Of a stretch of 64,000 bases of DNA, positions 12,666 to 25,690 are shown in pieces. The translations under genes were made by a program, and so were the position numbers. Numbering within the stretch: position 1 is the first letter of the stretch; each line of letters starts with the position of its first letter. The notes under the pieces are model-generated. The model searched no databases. It had not been told where the DNA came from and saw nothing but the letters and a program-made list of their open reading frames with translations. The stretch lies in NCBI GenBank assembly GCA_964016885.1, contig OZ024741.1:223014001-223078000 (forward strand), given 5' to 3'. This DNA is from Eledone cirrhosa (Eukaryota).

Positions 12666-13395
12666 CATTTAAATTAAAACCTTCCAACATAATTTTACTA
12701 AATAATGAAATAATTAATAACTTTAGTAAATCTCTCCAAATTCTTTACCAACAAGTTCTTTGTCAACCCCCTTACATTAATGTCACCCTCCCTCCCACAT
12801 CCATCAGGGCCTCTTCAGCTTGGCCAAGGATACGAGCACCCTATTACCATAAAGATAAAAAGCACCTAGTCTACCCAGTAAGATCGAAGTATTGGTGACA
12901 CAATAAAAAAAACACCCTGTCTGCACTGTAAATGCTGAAATCATGATAAAATGCTACCAGTGCACACTGTAGTGATTAGTGTAAGGAAGGGCAACCAACA
13001 ATAGAAACCAAGCCAAAAACAGAGCATATAAACAAGATATGGTCACCTGATCCGTCTAACCTCAGTTTGTGACAACCTGTCTAACTCATGCAAGAAAATA
13101 GACATTGAACAGTGATGACACCTTTTTTGAGAGAGAGTTTAAATATATGAATTAACACTAAAACTGGTTTGTGTAATTAAATTTATTGTTATGTGCATTT
13201 CTATATACATATAATGTATGTATATGATAACATTTTTGAATAAGAGTAGAAGCCATATTGAGAAAGACTAAAAGAAAATTAGAGATAGATGGAAAGAAAG
13301 AGCTAAGTGTACACACATAGTGAACACTGATAAAATAAAGATGGGACATAGAAGTGGTGGACAGCTACATAAAAAAACATATGCAGAATACTCAC

Positions 13396-13535
13396 CAATG
13401 ATTGGTGCATCTTTCCGGGAAGCCTCTTTGCGCCAGTGTGGTACAAAAACCTTTATTTTTTTGTGTCCTCGTTCTTTGAAATAATCAACAGCATACTTAA
13501 TTCCTTTGCATGAAAAGACCTCCTTGTTGCCATGC
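13396..13535 (-). CDS. ZC3H12A: Regnase-1-like exon (NYN/PIN domain)
   Basis: [37 protein letters not shown]; ag/gtgag boundaries. Confidence 0.95.
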
Positions 13536-13699
13536 CTGAAGAAATGAAAAAAACAGAAGAATATATGATTGAAATTATAAAGGAATATCGAATAACATTT
13601 TTTAAAATATTTTCTAAATTTCATATGTTCATAATACACTCGATTAAGAGATTGCATACATACACACACACATATATATATATATCTTCTTTGCCCAAT

Positions 13700-14085
13700 T
13701 ATTCCTGAGAGAGTCGTGGGGGAAGAATCCTTAAACAGTCCCTCCAGCAGATCCTCTCGGAAGCAGCTGTCCCCAACTGGATCCACAAGTGTGACCAGCC
13801 AATCTTATGGACATTATCCAACCATTTTGCTCGGGCCTACTCCTGGATCTCCTACCCGTTAGCTTTGCCCGTAAAATCTGTCCAGCAATTCTTTCCCGAG
13901 ACATTCTAACCACATGCCCATAGTAACGGAGCTGTGATCTCTCAATTTGGAGAAGTAGTGGCTCTACCTGGAGTGAATCTCTGATCTCTGAGCTATGCAC
14001 TATATCGAGTTACATTACTCCAAAGACACTTCGGCTGTTGTATTCATTATCATATTCTTTCGGTCATTACCCAAGATTCATGACC
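13700..14085 (-). mobile_element. RTE LINE 3' fragment
   Basis: EIRDSLQVEPLL..SQLRYYGHVVRM..GRRSRSRP. Confidence 0.8.
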
Positions 14086-14819
14086 ATATATATATATGAA
14101 ACTTAAGTACCTGTATATCACCTATATGTCACTGTTGTAACTGATTATATATCAACAGTCGACCGACAAGATCCCAGACCTTGTCAAATCGAACCAAGGA
14201 AACAATGTTTCCATTGGTCCTTCCAATTGCTAATACTATCTATCAGTCACAAATCCAGGCAGAAGGAGCAACATATGGAAAAAATGAAATTTGTGGGACG
14301 AACAAACATCTCTTTTCCTCAACAGCCACACCTTAGGCAATGCAATTTTATACATTATGGTGTTGATTGCATCATATTGAGTGAGCCCAGAAAAAACAGA
14401 AAAACAACATTAATGCCAATATCTATGAGCCTTAGGGGACTAAAGTATATAACTGGGACTTATTTTAGCAATCTCAACAGTATTTGTACGAAGATACATT
14501 TAACACCACCTATGTCATATGTTCAGTCCAGTAGTTTTTAAAACTGAGGTGTTTATCCCAGAGACAATGAAACACCACCTAAATGGGTTATAAGAATTCA
14601 TTAACCTTTTTGATACCAACTGTCTGACACTGACCCTGGTTCTATGATACAAAACACTTTATTATTTTAATGTGGTTATAACTATCTAAAAACATTCCAT
14701 CATCATTTTAAGAATTTTTGTTAAGTTATGCTTCAAACACCAGATTTAATAATAGGTTGTTCATTTTGTTTTTCTTATGTACTAAAGGTCACCATATAAT
14801 GAAGCTTCAAAGCCACTCA

Positions 14820-15640
14820 AGGTTATGGGTCACATGACAGGATGAACACGGAGAAAAGGATGATGAGGGGAAATGGAAGAGCGATTGCTATAAGTACAAA
14901 AATGACAAAAGAACTGGCAGTTTGGATGAAATTATGGCATTTTCTTAAAAGGTCAATGATTTAGCTGCAAAGAAAGCAATCCCCAGGCAGTTTGTTCCAT
15001 AGAAATACAGTTCTAGGAACGAAACTGTTTCCATGAAACATGCCTGATGTTAGAAATACGAACAAAGTATGGATGGTTTGCCTCAAAGGACTTAGCAAGA
15101 CAAGTCCTAGTAGAGAGTCTGGGTTTTGGGTATTAGAAAGTAAAGTTCATCGGTAGCATTTCCCATGGAAATAATGATCGAGTAATGCCAGGTTTGCAAT
15201 GTGATGACCATGAGAGAGTGGCCTGACAGATGAGAAGAGTTCATCTCCAACAAGGTTACACAAGTGACTCTGAAACTTATTTAGACAGGATGGGGAGCTC
15301 TTAACAGCACTGCCTCAGATGTGGCAACAGTACTCCATTTTCTATTTAAATTGTTTCTTGTAAAGATACAAAATTGCAGATGGGGTCAGATATTTTCTTG
15401 AAATATAGAAGAACCTATAATTTTTCCAGAAACTTTAGCAACTGATCGAATATAGGAGTTCCAACGGAAATCTGGAGTAAATTTTAGGCCCATGAGTCAC
15501 TCAAAACAGGGAACTTCTTTCAATAAGGCACCATTCATTTGAACAGGAGGGAAAGTTGAGGACATTCCAATGGTGGTGGAAAAAGAGAAGCTTAGTTTGT
15601 GAGATGTTAAAAGTGTTTCAATTAATTTTGAAAATAACCA
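14820..15640 (-). mobile_element. Degraded LINE 3' end (CR1/L2/Jockey group)
   Basis: Minus strand reads SFVPRTVFLWNKLP-type RT-terminal motif. Confidence 0.55.
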
Positions 15641-16220
15641 AACATTTGAAGGAATTAAAAAAAAAAAAAAGATTTTCATAAGTAAACTGATCACTTTCTT
15701 CATAGAGTGATGAGGTCCTTTTAGTCTGCAGTGGATGGGGCAACCTTTCTTCATGTTGGAATGTAGTTGGTACCTCCATAAAGTGGTTGGTATTATGAAG
15801 GGCATTGAGTCATAGAAATCATGTCAAAATAAAGCATGGTTATCTGACATATTTTGTCTCAGACCATGATGACTTATCCAACCCATGCTAGCATAAAAAG
15901 CAGACATATATACACACACACACACAGATATATACACACACACACATATACATACTTTTTATAGCAAGCCACCTAAAGCCACATCTGGTTCTATGAAACA
16001 AAACCACCCATTCTAAAGTGTTACTATTTTCATTGAAAATGTCCATCATAATTTTATATAAGAACATTATTAAAAATGACATCTTAATAATGGAGCAATA
16101 ATTTTAGTAAATCCCTCTAAATTCTAAAATTAGGAATATGATCATGAAATGTTTAACACTAAGAACAGGGTACATGGAAAGAAAACTAAACATAAAGAGA
16201 CAAATGAGTGTAATACATAC

Positions 16221-16783
16221 AACATGGCTACATTGCTACCATCAATGACAATCATACGTAGATTATCACTGTCATCAGGGTTCTTGTTGGTAGTGTCTTT
16301 TAATGTGATGCTTTTCTCACACTCTAAAGATGCAGCTTCTGAATTCAGACTGGAATTATAATCTTCTGAATTGTTATCCTTAACTGATTTCATTGATAAG
16401 ACATTGGTGAGCTTCAAAAGTTCAGCCAGCAAGACATTATTGTCTTTTAGTTCAGGGCCTAACTTCTTCCACACTGTCATGAATTGTTCCACAGTATAAC
16501 CCAGACGTAGCACATATTCCATTTTCTCCTGAAAATCTGGTGTGTTATAATTCTTCAACATCTCATTGTTGTTGTTATTACTGTCTCCATCTTCATCAGA
16601 TTCTTCTGTTGTTTGAATATCTGTATTTGTGTTTAGTTTTGTTGCTGGACTGGAACTAGATTGCATTTGGGTGGGTTTCAACAAGATATTGCTTATATCT
16701 CCAGTTTTTGACTGAGTTACATAGTCAAAAAGTGCCATACCAAGAGTTTCAGTTGTTTTTAACGTTTCTTGGGATGAAACCAT
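16221..16783 (-). CDS. ZC3H12A: Regnase-1-like first coding exon (UBA-like NTD and start of NYN domain)
   Basis: ATG at 16783 (in-frame TGA upstream; exon acceptor at 16883); KMEYVLRLGY..LLAELLKL; LRMIVIDGSNVAM; donor gtatgt at 16220. Exons total 2379 nt = 792 aa. Confidence 0.9.
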
Positions 16784-17689
16784 GGTGCTAGATGTGGTGA
16801 ACACACTGATATCAATAGAACTGTGTAGTCAGCAACTACTGTGACCTCTCAGATTAGATGTAATAGCTTGAAAATCAGGAATCTGAAAGTAAAGTGACAA
16901 AACCAGTTATTCATAGGAAAAATAGATTACAATTTTCAGACAAAGTAAAAAGAGAAAAGGAAAATAATTATCTACCAAACCAAAATACATTCTCTCTCAC
17001 ATGAGCAAACCTGCATGTAGATTTAGATGAGTAGGCATGAATGGTTAGAATATATATACATATATATTTAGGGATTGTAACATCCAGTTACTGTAGGTTC
17101 ACCAGAGTGAGCACTCAATGCGTATAGAGGTGTAGTACTAAGCAGAGTGTAATAATAATAAAATTGTCCTTATTATTATTATTATTATTATATACACACA
17201 CACACACACATAATCATAATCATCAGTATTATTACTGTTTAACATCTAATTTCCATGCTTGCATGGGTTACATGAGTTAAGTTAGATACTGAGAGTAGAC
17301 TGGTCAGGTGATCAGATTTGGCTCGTACATTCCAGTTTTGACTTGGTTTCTATGGCTGAACTGAGAGAGAAACTGAGCATAGGAGGGATCATAAGCAGTG
17401 TGTAGAAAAAGAGATTGTAGTGGTATGGATAGGTAATGTATATGGAGAATAACAGTTGTATAAAAAGATGCAGGGAACTCAAAGTTGATGGAAACTATAG
17501 AAGAGAAAAACGTTAAAAATTGACCTTGCACAATTAAACCTTTCAATGTGATGCCATGTTAGAACCAGACACAAGACTCAAGAGCCCTGGAGAAGACAGT
17601 TGCTTTCTGAAGCCTTAGAGATATTTCATCATCTAAGAAACAGCTGAGTGTGCTACACAGGTAAACAATCCTGTCTACTACTTTCAGTT

Positions 17690-17990
17690 ATGTTCTTTCA
17701 ACTAAGATGGTTCCCTGAATGTATTTCTTGAGGTAGGCTGGAATATTACATCGATCTTATCCAGGCTAGTGCTGAATCTAAATGTCTTACAAGATGCAGA
17801 TATATAATCCATGAGAATTTGCATATATTCAGCAGTATGTGCATTTAAGTTGCAATCATCTGCAGAAAGGATATTGTGAATAAGAAGTTGAAAATGTGTT
17901 GAACTAGCTGCAAAATGCCACCAATTGAAGACATGCTCAGCAGATCGGTACCTCACATATATCCCAGAAAAGCAAAAGCTCGAGTGTAAG
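17690..17990 (-). mobile_element. RTE (BovB-like) RT fragment
   Basis: LSADDC..AHT..MQ.LMD...C..F....K..V.FQP. Confidence 0.65.
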
Positions 17991-18734
17991 TAACAGCAAA
18001 ATATAAGGGAAAAAAAAAAAGAGTTTGGGCAAGGATGTCACTCTATTAAACACCATTCTTTTACAAGAATAGTTTCTGCTATGTTCTCGATACAAAGTCA
18101 TAATGAACAATGGAGTTTGCAAAGTATTTTCCTCAAGGATCCCCTATTCGCAGTATCAAAGACTTTTGTTAGATCAATGAAAACTTATGACCTATGTTCT
18201 ACTCATAGCATCTGTCTTACAGTGAAAATTATATCCCTTGTTCCTCTACCAGAACTGAAACCACACTAAGAATCAAGATAGACTCTACATTGATATTTTC
18301 ACAAGCAATATTGTTGTCCTGCTGGGTCTGTCTGCCAGAGCCATGGAGTGGCCAGCGCGTGGGACCCCCATTTGCTCATAATAGTGAGGATGGGGAGGCC
18401 AAGAGAGACGGAAGCAATGACAGTGGGAGTTTGGCTCCTCTGTGTTCGGACTTGGTGTACATGTGTGTATGTTTACTTCTATTCATTCATTTCAAAGCAG
18501 CATTTTTTAAAAATGTTATTTTATTGAAGTTATTTTCTTATATACAGAAAAGCAACCCTCCTCCTCAGCCTAGTCTAGTGGATGTGTCAGTTTAGTTGCT
18601 AATGACTCCACTATACAACAGGTTGTATTGAATTACATGATGCTAGTAACTCTCAAAAGAGACCTGACATGTGTATGTGTATATATATATATACATAGGT
18701 GGCAAGACTGGTTCGAAATATTTGTATATTGCAA

Positions 18735-19228
18735 AGTACAGCTGCATAAAAAGGTGCAGAGCACTAGAAGTTGATGGAAACCGCGGAGTGGGGAGACCCA
18801 AGATGACCTGGGATGAGGTGATAAAAGCCGACCTTACCCAATTACACCTCTCAAAGACAATGACACACGACCGTGACTTCTGGCGTCACGCAGTAATACA
18901 GAGTACCCGACCTCCCATGGGTTCAAGCTGAAGCATATAGACAATATGCCCCCACACCCCCCCACCGCAGGGTGGTCGTGGAGGTGCCACGGCAAAAAAG
19001 CACCCAGCCCACACTGTAAAGTGGACGTGTAGGCGCCACGAAAAAGCACCCAGCACTCACTGTAAATGAGGTTGGTGTTAGGAAGGGCATCCAGCTGTAG
19101 AAATCAAGCCAAATCAGTTCCTGTATGAGCAAGGCATGGTCAGCCGACCAGACACTGCCCACAACAGGACAACCCGTCTAACCCATGCTAGTGTGGAAGA
19201 ACGGACGTAAAACGGTGATGATGATGAT
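18735..19228 (+). mobile_element. RTE 3' fragment followed by SINE 3' half with internal duplication
   Basis: RGVGRPKMTW; aaaaagcacccagc..cactgtaaa duplicated; tgatgatga tail. Confidence 0.65.
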
Positions 19229-19781
19229 ATATATTCTTTAAAAAACATTTCAACAGGAACATTTATTTTCGATGAACCATTGCCTTTTTGTTCATCGTTT
19301 TCTTCATCGTTCAAGTTTTTTTTTCCAAAGTTCACACCAATAATTATGCTGAGTGAAGCCTTTCTTTTTCATCATTGTCACTTTCAAAATTGCACTATCA
19401 TTTTCTCGCGCGTTAGAAATATTATTTTTTCAACCTTGTATTGGCACGTGTAGGCAGCACAAATCCTCGACTCACAGAGATAGCCGCACGCCAGAGATAA
19501 CATTTCTCGCCAAGGATTCTTCAGCCTTAAGCTATATTCTTCTATTTGCCGGTTTATAAATTTACAATGTAAATTTACTGTTGATAACCGCGCATTTATT
19601 AGGAATGCTTATTTCTCTGGTCGCTGGCCTCTTGACCCTTCCAGGTCAACGCATTCTCAACATCGACCATCAACTTCGGCTGCTATTTCTAGCACTTTGC
19701 GCAACTCATTTTTTCTTAAAAAAAAAAAAAAATTTTTTTTTTACTGTGAATTTAAACACCGAATACGCTCACTCAGCGAGA

Positions 19782-19920
19782 CAACAGCAATATAACAGCA
19801 ACAGCAATACAGCAGCAGCAATACAGCAGCAGCAACAGCAATACAGCAACACAGCAACAACAGCAGCAGCAACAGCAATATAACAGCAACAGCAATACAT
19901 CAACACAGCTTCACCAACAA
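19782..19920 (+). repeat. Imperfect CAG/CAA-type microsatellite (probably in the ZC3H12 5' leader region)
   Basis: cagcaa/cagcag/caatacag units directly visible. Confidence 0.8.
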
Positions 19921-20108
19921 CCAAAGCCAGAGAATTTATTTTTGCAGCACTCTTCCTGTGAGAAAATCCATTCGGAGGTTGGAAATTTCACGATATACCA
20001 CAGAACAGAGACCACCTGCATTCATTCTCTGGAACACACTTTCTTTCCTGCTGTCATGTGATTGCACACCTGTGAACTAGTACTTGCTAATGAGGTTACC
20101 TAGAGAGC

Positions 20109-20395
20109 AAAAGCTATCTACAACTTCTATTGAACTTTCTCAGTATTTGAAGGCGTCTATTTCAACACACCCACACATATAGAGAGGGTGGGGAGAAAGA
20201 GATATGTGTGTGTGTGTGTACGTATGCTTTTCCGTGTTGAAGTTTCTTATATATATATATATAAGAACCTTCAACACGGAAAAGCATATGTACACACACA
20301 CACATATCTCTTCCCCCCCCCCTCTTTCTCTATGTGTGTTGAAATAGGCGCCTTCAAATACTGAGAAAGATCAATAGAAGTTGTAGATAGCTTTT
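20109..20395. repeat. Fold-back palindrome (~140-bp arms, TA centre)
   Basis: aaaagctatctacaacttctattga... / ...tcaatagaagttgtagatagctttt; third partial arm at ~20468-20492. Confidence 0.9.
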
Positions 20396-20658
20396 AATAG
20401 GTTTCGGCCAGTATTGTCCCAGGCCATGTCTAACTTAATAGCACCACCTGGCAAATATATATATATAAAAACTTCAACACGGAAAAGCATATATATTTAT
20501 ATATAACGAAGGAAGTGTGGTAAGGAACCAGGTGGACCATAACGCACCAGAGTACTCAATACTTAGGGTAGTAGAGTGGGTAATAGGAAAATATTTGCCT
20601 ATATATATATATAGTGACGAAACGTAAGTCAATTGCATGAACTCATAATCCTTTATTT

Positions 20659-20714
20659 ACTGCTATATATATTTCGATGATAGCCATTGAATGGCTATGA
20701 CCTCATCAGGCAGT
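20659..20714 (-). ncRNA. Type I hammerhead ribozyme in a PLE terminus
   Basis: Minus strand: ACUGC-CUGAUGA-[..AUAGCCAU uca AUGGCUAU..]-GAAA-UAUAUA-UA-GCAGU; second copy at 25247-25302 with GAAA>GAAU. Confidence 0.85.
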
Positions 20715-20781
20715 TAGTCAGTTTTTAGATATGCCAGCTCTGTGTTTATAGTGTTGATGGTATCAGAGCCTCTCTCTCTCT

Positions 20782-20823
<42 letters not shown>

Positions 20824-20936
20824 AGAGAGAAAGAGAAAGAGAGCGTAGGAGGAAAGGGGGCATAATGGACATAGGAATAGGGGATAAAGGGTGAGCAGCA
20901 CGGGCCTTGTTTCAGGGGGTACCAGGAGACAACTAC

Positions 20937-20967
<31 letters not shown>

Positions 20968-21206
20968 ACTTTTTCAAACGTCTATATTTTATTTTATGTT
21001 TATTTGATACAATAAATTCTTTTTAAACTTATTTTTTATATCGGAACTTCATTTGAATATATCAAATTTAATTAGCGTAAAATTTTACTTATGTGATAGT
21101 GTCTGGGAAAGGCACCATAAGCTATTTATGCTCCTTTAAGAATCAACAAATGTTGGTTTGTCACTCACATTTTTAAGGCAAACGAGGCCCCTGGTGAGGA
21201 GTAAGG

Positions 21207-21245
<39 letters not shown>

Positions 21246-21260
21246 CATAAATATACATAC

Positions 21261-21312
<52 letters not shown>

Positions 21313-22093
21313 AGCATGGAAAAACGGGCGTAAAAAGGATTTTATATACGCAACTGCAACAAGATATAAAAAACTAATACGCAATACGCTTACCGTGTAT
21401 TGATAGCTTTGGATTTATAAAAAGGAAATACAAACAATACATTTACATAATCACACACGCATACATATCCGTACCAGTGACTGTTTTTCTATGTATACTT
21501 TTAAAAATATGTTGTAACTTGTTGTTTCAAGGCATCATCTCCAAGAAATTTAGTTGATCATAGCAACCTCAGTATTTATTTTTTTGAAGTCTGGTACATA
21601 TTTTATCGATCTACTTTCGTCAAACTGCTAGTTTACGGGACAAATACAGACAGACTTAAACGTAAACACGGAAATACACAAACACACACACACATATAAA
21701 ACAACTGTAAGAATTAAACTTGGTGAAAACTTATTTCTATCATCTTAATTTGTTTTATATGTTCTGTGTTAAGATTGCAACACTTTTTCTAACCTAAAAA
21801 AAGTCTCACTATATTTTTATCTCTATAAACATTGAGCTTATCTTCTCAATCGCAATTTCTCTTCAAGTGACTACATTTTTTCTTATATATTATTATTATT
21901 TTTTTAAATGAGCATATGAGAGAATATATATACGTGTGTGTGTATGTATATATATATATATATATATATGTAGGAGGTGAGTTTTATTGTAGTACAATAA
22001 AGCAATGCAGATATCGGATAAGAAGCACTCTACAGTTTGTAGGACTGGAGTATACATAATATAAGATCAAAAGATGGTTAAAGGAGTTCCATG

Positions 22094-22164
22094 TATTTTA
22101 TTATGCGCATTTCAAAAACAAACATCATCATGCAATAATATTTGTGTTTTCATCAGATAAAACA
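22094..22164 (-). ncRNA. Type I hammerhead ribozyme
   Basis: Minus strand: UGUUUUAU-CUGAUGA-[stem II]-GAAA-UGCGCA-UA-AUAAAAUA; palindromic stem III. Confidence 0.8.
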
Positions 22165-22383
22165 GGAGAACATGATATGAAGGCTAAAAAACACTTGTGG
22201 ATAGTGCAGTTTTAAATCAACATATATGATATATATATATATATATATATCATCGTCGTTTAATGTCCGCTTTCCCTTTTAGCATATATATTGTAAATGT
22301 ATAAAATCTAGATACCCATGTATACGTATTTGATACCTTATAGTAACTTCTTAATAAAGTTATATGCACACACACATACATTT

Positions 22384-22421
<38 letters not shown>

Positions 22422-23595
22422 TATGGCGAGATATGGCGAGATACTTTTGAAATAAAAAGTTTGTAAAATTTCTTACTTTCTGAAAACTTGATTCCGCTTG
22501 TTTTGAATAATTCAACGGTTATGTATATAGTTATTTGTTATTATATGGTCCACGTATATGGTTTAATATATATATAGTTGCGTGTAGGTCAGTTTGTTGT
22601 TCTTGGCACGGCTGTTTATTCGAAGTTGCAGTTTTAAAAAACTTTTCCTTTTTCAGCTTGTATTCAAGTTATGTAGAAGTACTAATAATATTAAAAATAA
22701 TTATATATAAATGAAATGATGTTTTAAAAATGTTTGATGAAGTTCAAGACTTAGCAATTGGATGAGTTTAGTTGTGTACGATTTAAGGTTTCCACAGACA
22801 TCGTGCAAACTAGTGTATAGACATGATAGTAGAAACAATTATATATATAACTTGAAATCCCTGCTTACGTAGTAAGTTAATTCTTCTCATCCTGTCACTT
22901 TTACTCCTACTCTCTCTTTCTACCCTCTTTTTCTTTCTTTTTCTATGTACGTATGTCGTCTAACAGGGTGGTGGTAGCAGGAGAAAATTCATGAATGGCC
23001 TAATATAATAACATAGATATCTAGGGATATAAATAAAAATAAATATGTGTAGTTATAACGAGAGAGGGTGCGGGAGAAAGACATAAGATAAACAACAAAG
23101 GGAGAAGGTAACTAGTGAGTGAGGGAAAGAGAGAGAGTGTGTGTGAGTAAAAAAGGCACTTGAAAGAGGTATAAGTAGAGGGATGAGTAGTAATATGTTA
23201 GATATTGATTGAGGTCAGAAGAGGAAAACAGAGTAGATTTAAAAGAGAAAGAGAGGGAAAAAAAAGTAATGGAAAATTTTATGAGAGAGGGAGGGGGGAA
23301 AAAGAGAGGATTAACGTAAGAGCAATTACGTATGAAGGGTGGAGTAACATAAACGTAAATAATGCTTTATTTATTTATTTTTATAAATAATGGAACTTTC
23401 TAACAGCGACTGTTTTTTATGACGCGTATAGCGGGTGTTGCTAGTATCTATAAATAAATTATGGATATTCTACAAAAATAAAACGGGGTACTTTAAATAG
23501 ACTAGCGTATTAATGTATACATTTCCACACACACACATTGAAAAATGTCTATTTTAACATTTTAAATGCTTGCTTCCTCACGGAAATGATCATAA

Positions 23596-23780
23596 TTGTT
23601 TCTACTTTTTGGCACAAGGCCAGCAAATTACTCAGTGCATTACTGGTACTTTATTTTATCGACCCCCATAAGGATGAAAGGCAAAGTTAACCTCGGCGGG
23701 ATTTGAACTCAGAATGGCAAGGACCGTAACTCTATGCGTTAAAGCATGGCGTCCGAACCTCTACCGATACTGCCAATCCA
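23596..23780 (-). mobile_element. tRNA-SINE family 2 with TSD
   Basis: Same sequence as 50930-51110; flanking aatgatcataat repeats. Confidence 0.8.
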
Positions 23781-24309
23781 ATGATCATAATAGTCGATAA
23801 CAAAAAAGTTGAGAAAATCGGGTAAATCGTGGAAAGAAGTGACCACATTTTTCCATCTCCATGGGTGAGAGATACTTTATCCCATTTTCTGAACTATTAT
23901 TTTTAGTTATCGATTCATACTGTGGCCAATTACGTTAGGATGCACGCATTTCAAGTTTACCAATGCTTCTTGAGTCAACTGCTTTGTTTATACCATACTG
24001 TCTTTGTATCGTATACTCGAGGTTTATTCTTACCGTTTGCTTAATTCACAGAAACATAGTCACAACACCGACTACCTGTTGAAGCGTTTTACATTGTCAG
24101 TGATTATATGCCATGATCACGCTTTCGAGACAGTTTTTTTTAATATAAATTTCATATTCTAAATCTAAGGATGCACCACTGAAAAGTGGCGTGCAATGCA
24201 GCGACACACCACCCTTGGTGACGGGCCTATATAAATGTCAGTTTTTTGTTCTTGACACAGCTGTTTATTCGAAGTTGCAGTTTTAAAAAAAAACTTTCCT
24301 TTTCCAGCA

Positions 24310-24352
<43 letters not shown>

Positions 24353-24361
<9 letters not shown>

Positions 24362-24666
24362 AAGACAAACATAGAATATTCGAAAATATTCTGTATGTTT
24401 ATAATAAACATTTTGAAGACCTAATCGCTATAGAATAGAATACGTCACGTATTACAATTTGAGATTCTCGATAAAAGCAAGGGAAGTAACCTACGCGTTT
24501 CATTCTTATTAGAAATCATTGCTTTTATCGAGAATCATTGCTTTTATCGAGAATCTCAAATTGTAATACGTGACGTATTCTATTCTATAGCGATTAGGTC
24601 TTCAAAATGTTTATTATAAACATACAGAATATTTTCGAATATTCTATGTTTGTCTTCACATATATA
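24353..24666. repeat. Near-perfect palindrome (~128-bp arms) with a half-hammerhead in the spacer
   Basis: Arms 24353-24480 and 24538-24666; 19-bp tandem duplication at the junction; spacer minus strand UGA-UUUCUAAUAAGAAU-GAAA-CGCG-UA. Confidence 0.9.
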
Positions 24667-24896
24667 TCGCTATTTCAGAGCATTAAATCCAAATATATAT
24701 ATATATATTTAATACATTAACAGAGAAAACCTTAAGCTATACTCTGACTGGCTACCATCTCACTCAACAAACATTAGGATATACCTTAGTATAATCCCAA
24801 TTATACGTTTGGGGTGCTAACTATATGTATTTTGTGGAAAGCCAGTTGTATTATTTTATATGAGATATAATTAAAATTAAAATTAAAATATATATA

Positions 24897-25195
24897 TGGC
24901 TTAGTGGTTAGAGCATTGGCCTTGCAATCGAAAGGTTGTGAGTTCAATTCTCAGGCTGGGTGATGTGTTGTTTCCTTGAGCAAAACACTTTATTTCACAT
25001 TGCTCCGGTTTACTCAGCTGTAGAAATGAGATGACTGGGGTCCCTATCATTCCACTGCAAAGTGGTCGTGGAGGTGCCATGCCAAAAAAGCACCCAGCAC
25101 TCACTGTAAATGAGGTTGGTGTTAAGAAGGGCATCCAGCTGTAGAAATCAAGCCAGAATCAGTTCCCGTCCCACGTAAAATGAAAATGAAATGAA
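24897..25195 (+). mobile_element. tRNA-SINE family 1
   Basis: Near-identical to 2272-2592. Confidence 0.85.
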
Positions 25196-25199
25196 TATA

Positions 25200-25690
25200 T
25201 AGTGACGAAACATAAGTCAATTGCATGAACTCATAATCCTCTATTTACTGCTATATATAATTCGATGATAGCCATTGAATGGCTATGACCTCATCAGGCA
25301 GTTAGTCAGTTCTTAGATATGCCAGCTCTGTGTGTATAGTGTTGATGGTATCAGAACCTTGGGACATATGAGCTTGTTAGGAATATTTTGATGTTGTCAA
25401 TGGGATAACAAGTTATCGTTATAGGTAATCCAGTTAGAGGTTGTGAGTACTCTGCATCGTGGATAGTTTTAACGTACGGCTTTGTTTGACCCAACAAGAT
25501 GTTTCCATAGTTAGGCAGCGAGTTCGCGATAATTCCTATGCAGGTTATACTTGGAGTAATAATAGTGAAAGAATGAAGAGTAACATGGTTGGCTGTACAA
25601 CAAGGGGTTTTATTTCAGGTATTGACAATTGTTTCATTGATCAGGTGAGTCTAGACGTCGCTAATCGCTTGAAGTTGCGTCACTCGATCT
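25200..25690 (-). mobile_element. Degraded PLE 3' fragment with HHR
   Basis: Extends the 20615-20770 terminus; degenerate PLE linker-like peptide (PNYGNILL, PRC..SNWI). Confidence 0.55.

Noticed and set aside
16784-16804. ORF-track start at 16804
   Set aside because: It is a GTG; the first in-frame ATG is at 16783
25380-25690. Possible endonuclease-less PLE type (linker followed directly by an HHR)
   Set aside because: Too degraded; the similar fragment at 32.3-32.6 kb shows traces of a GIY-YIG start, so deletion is the simpler explanation
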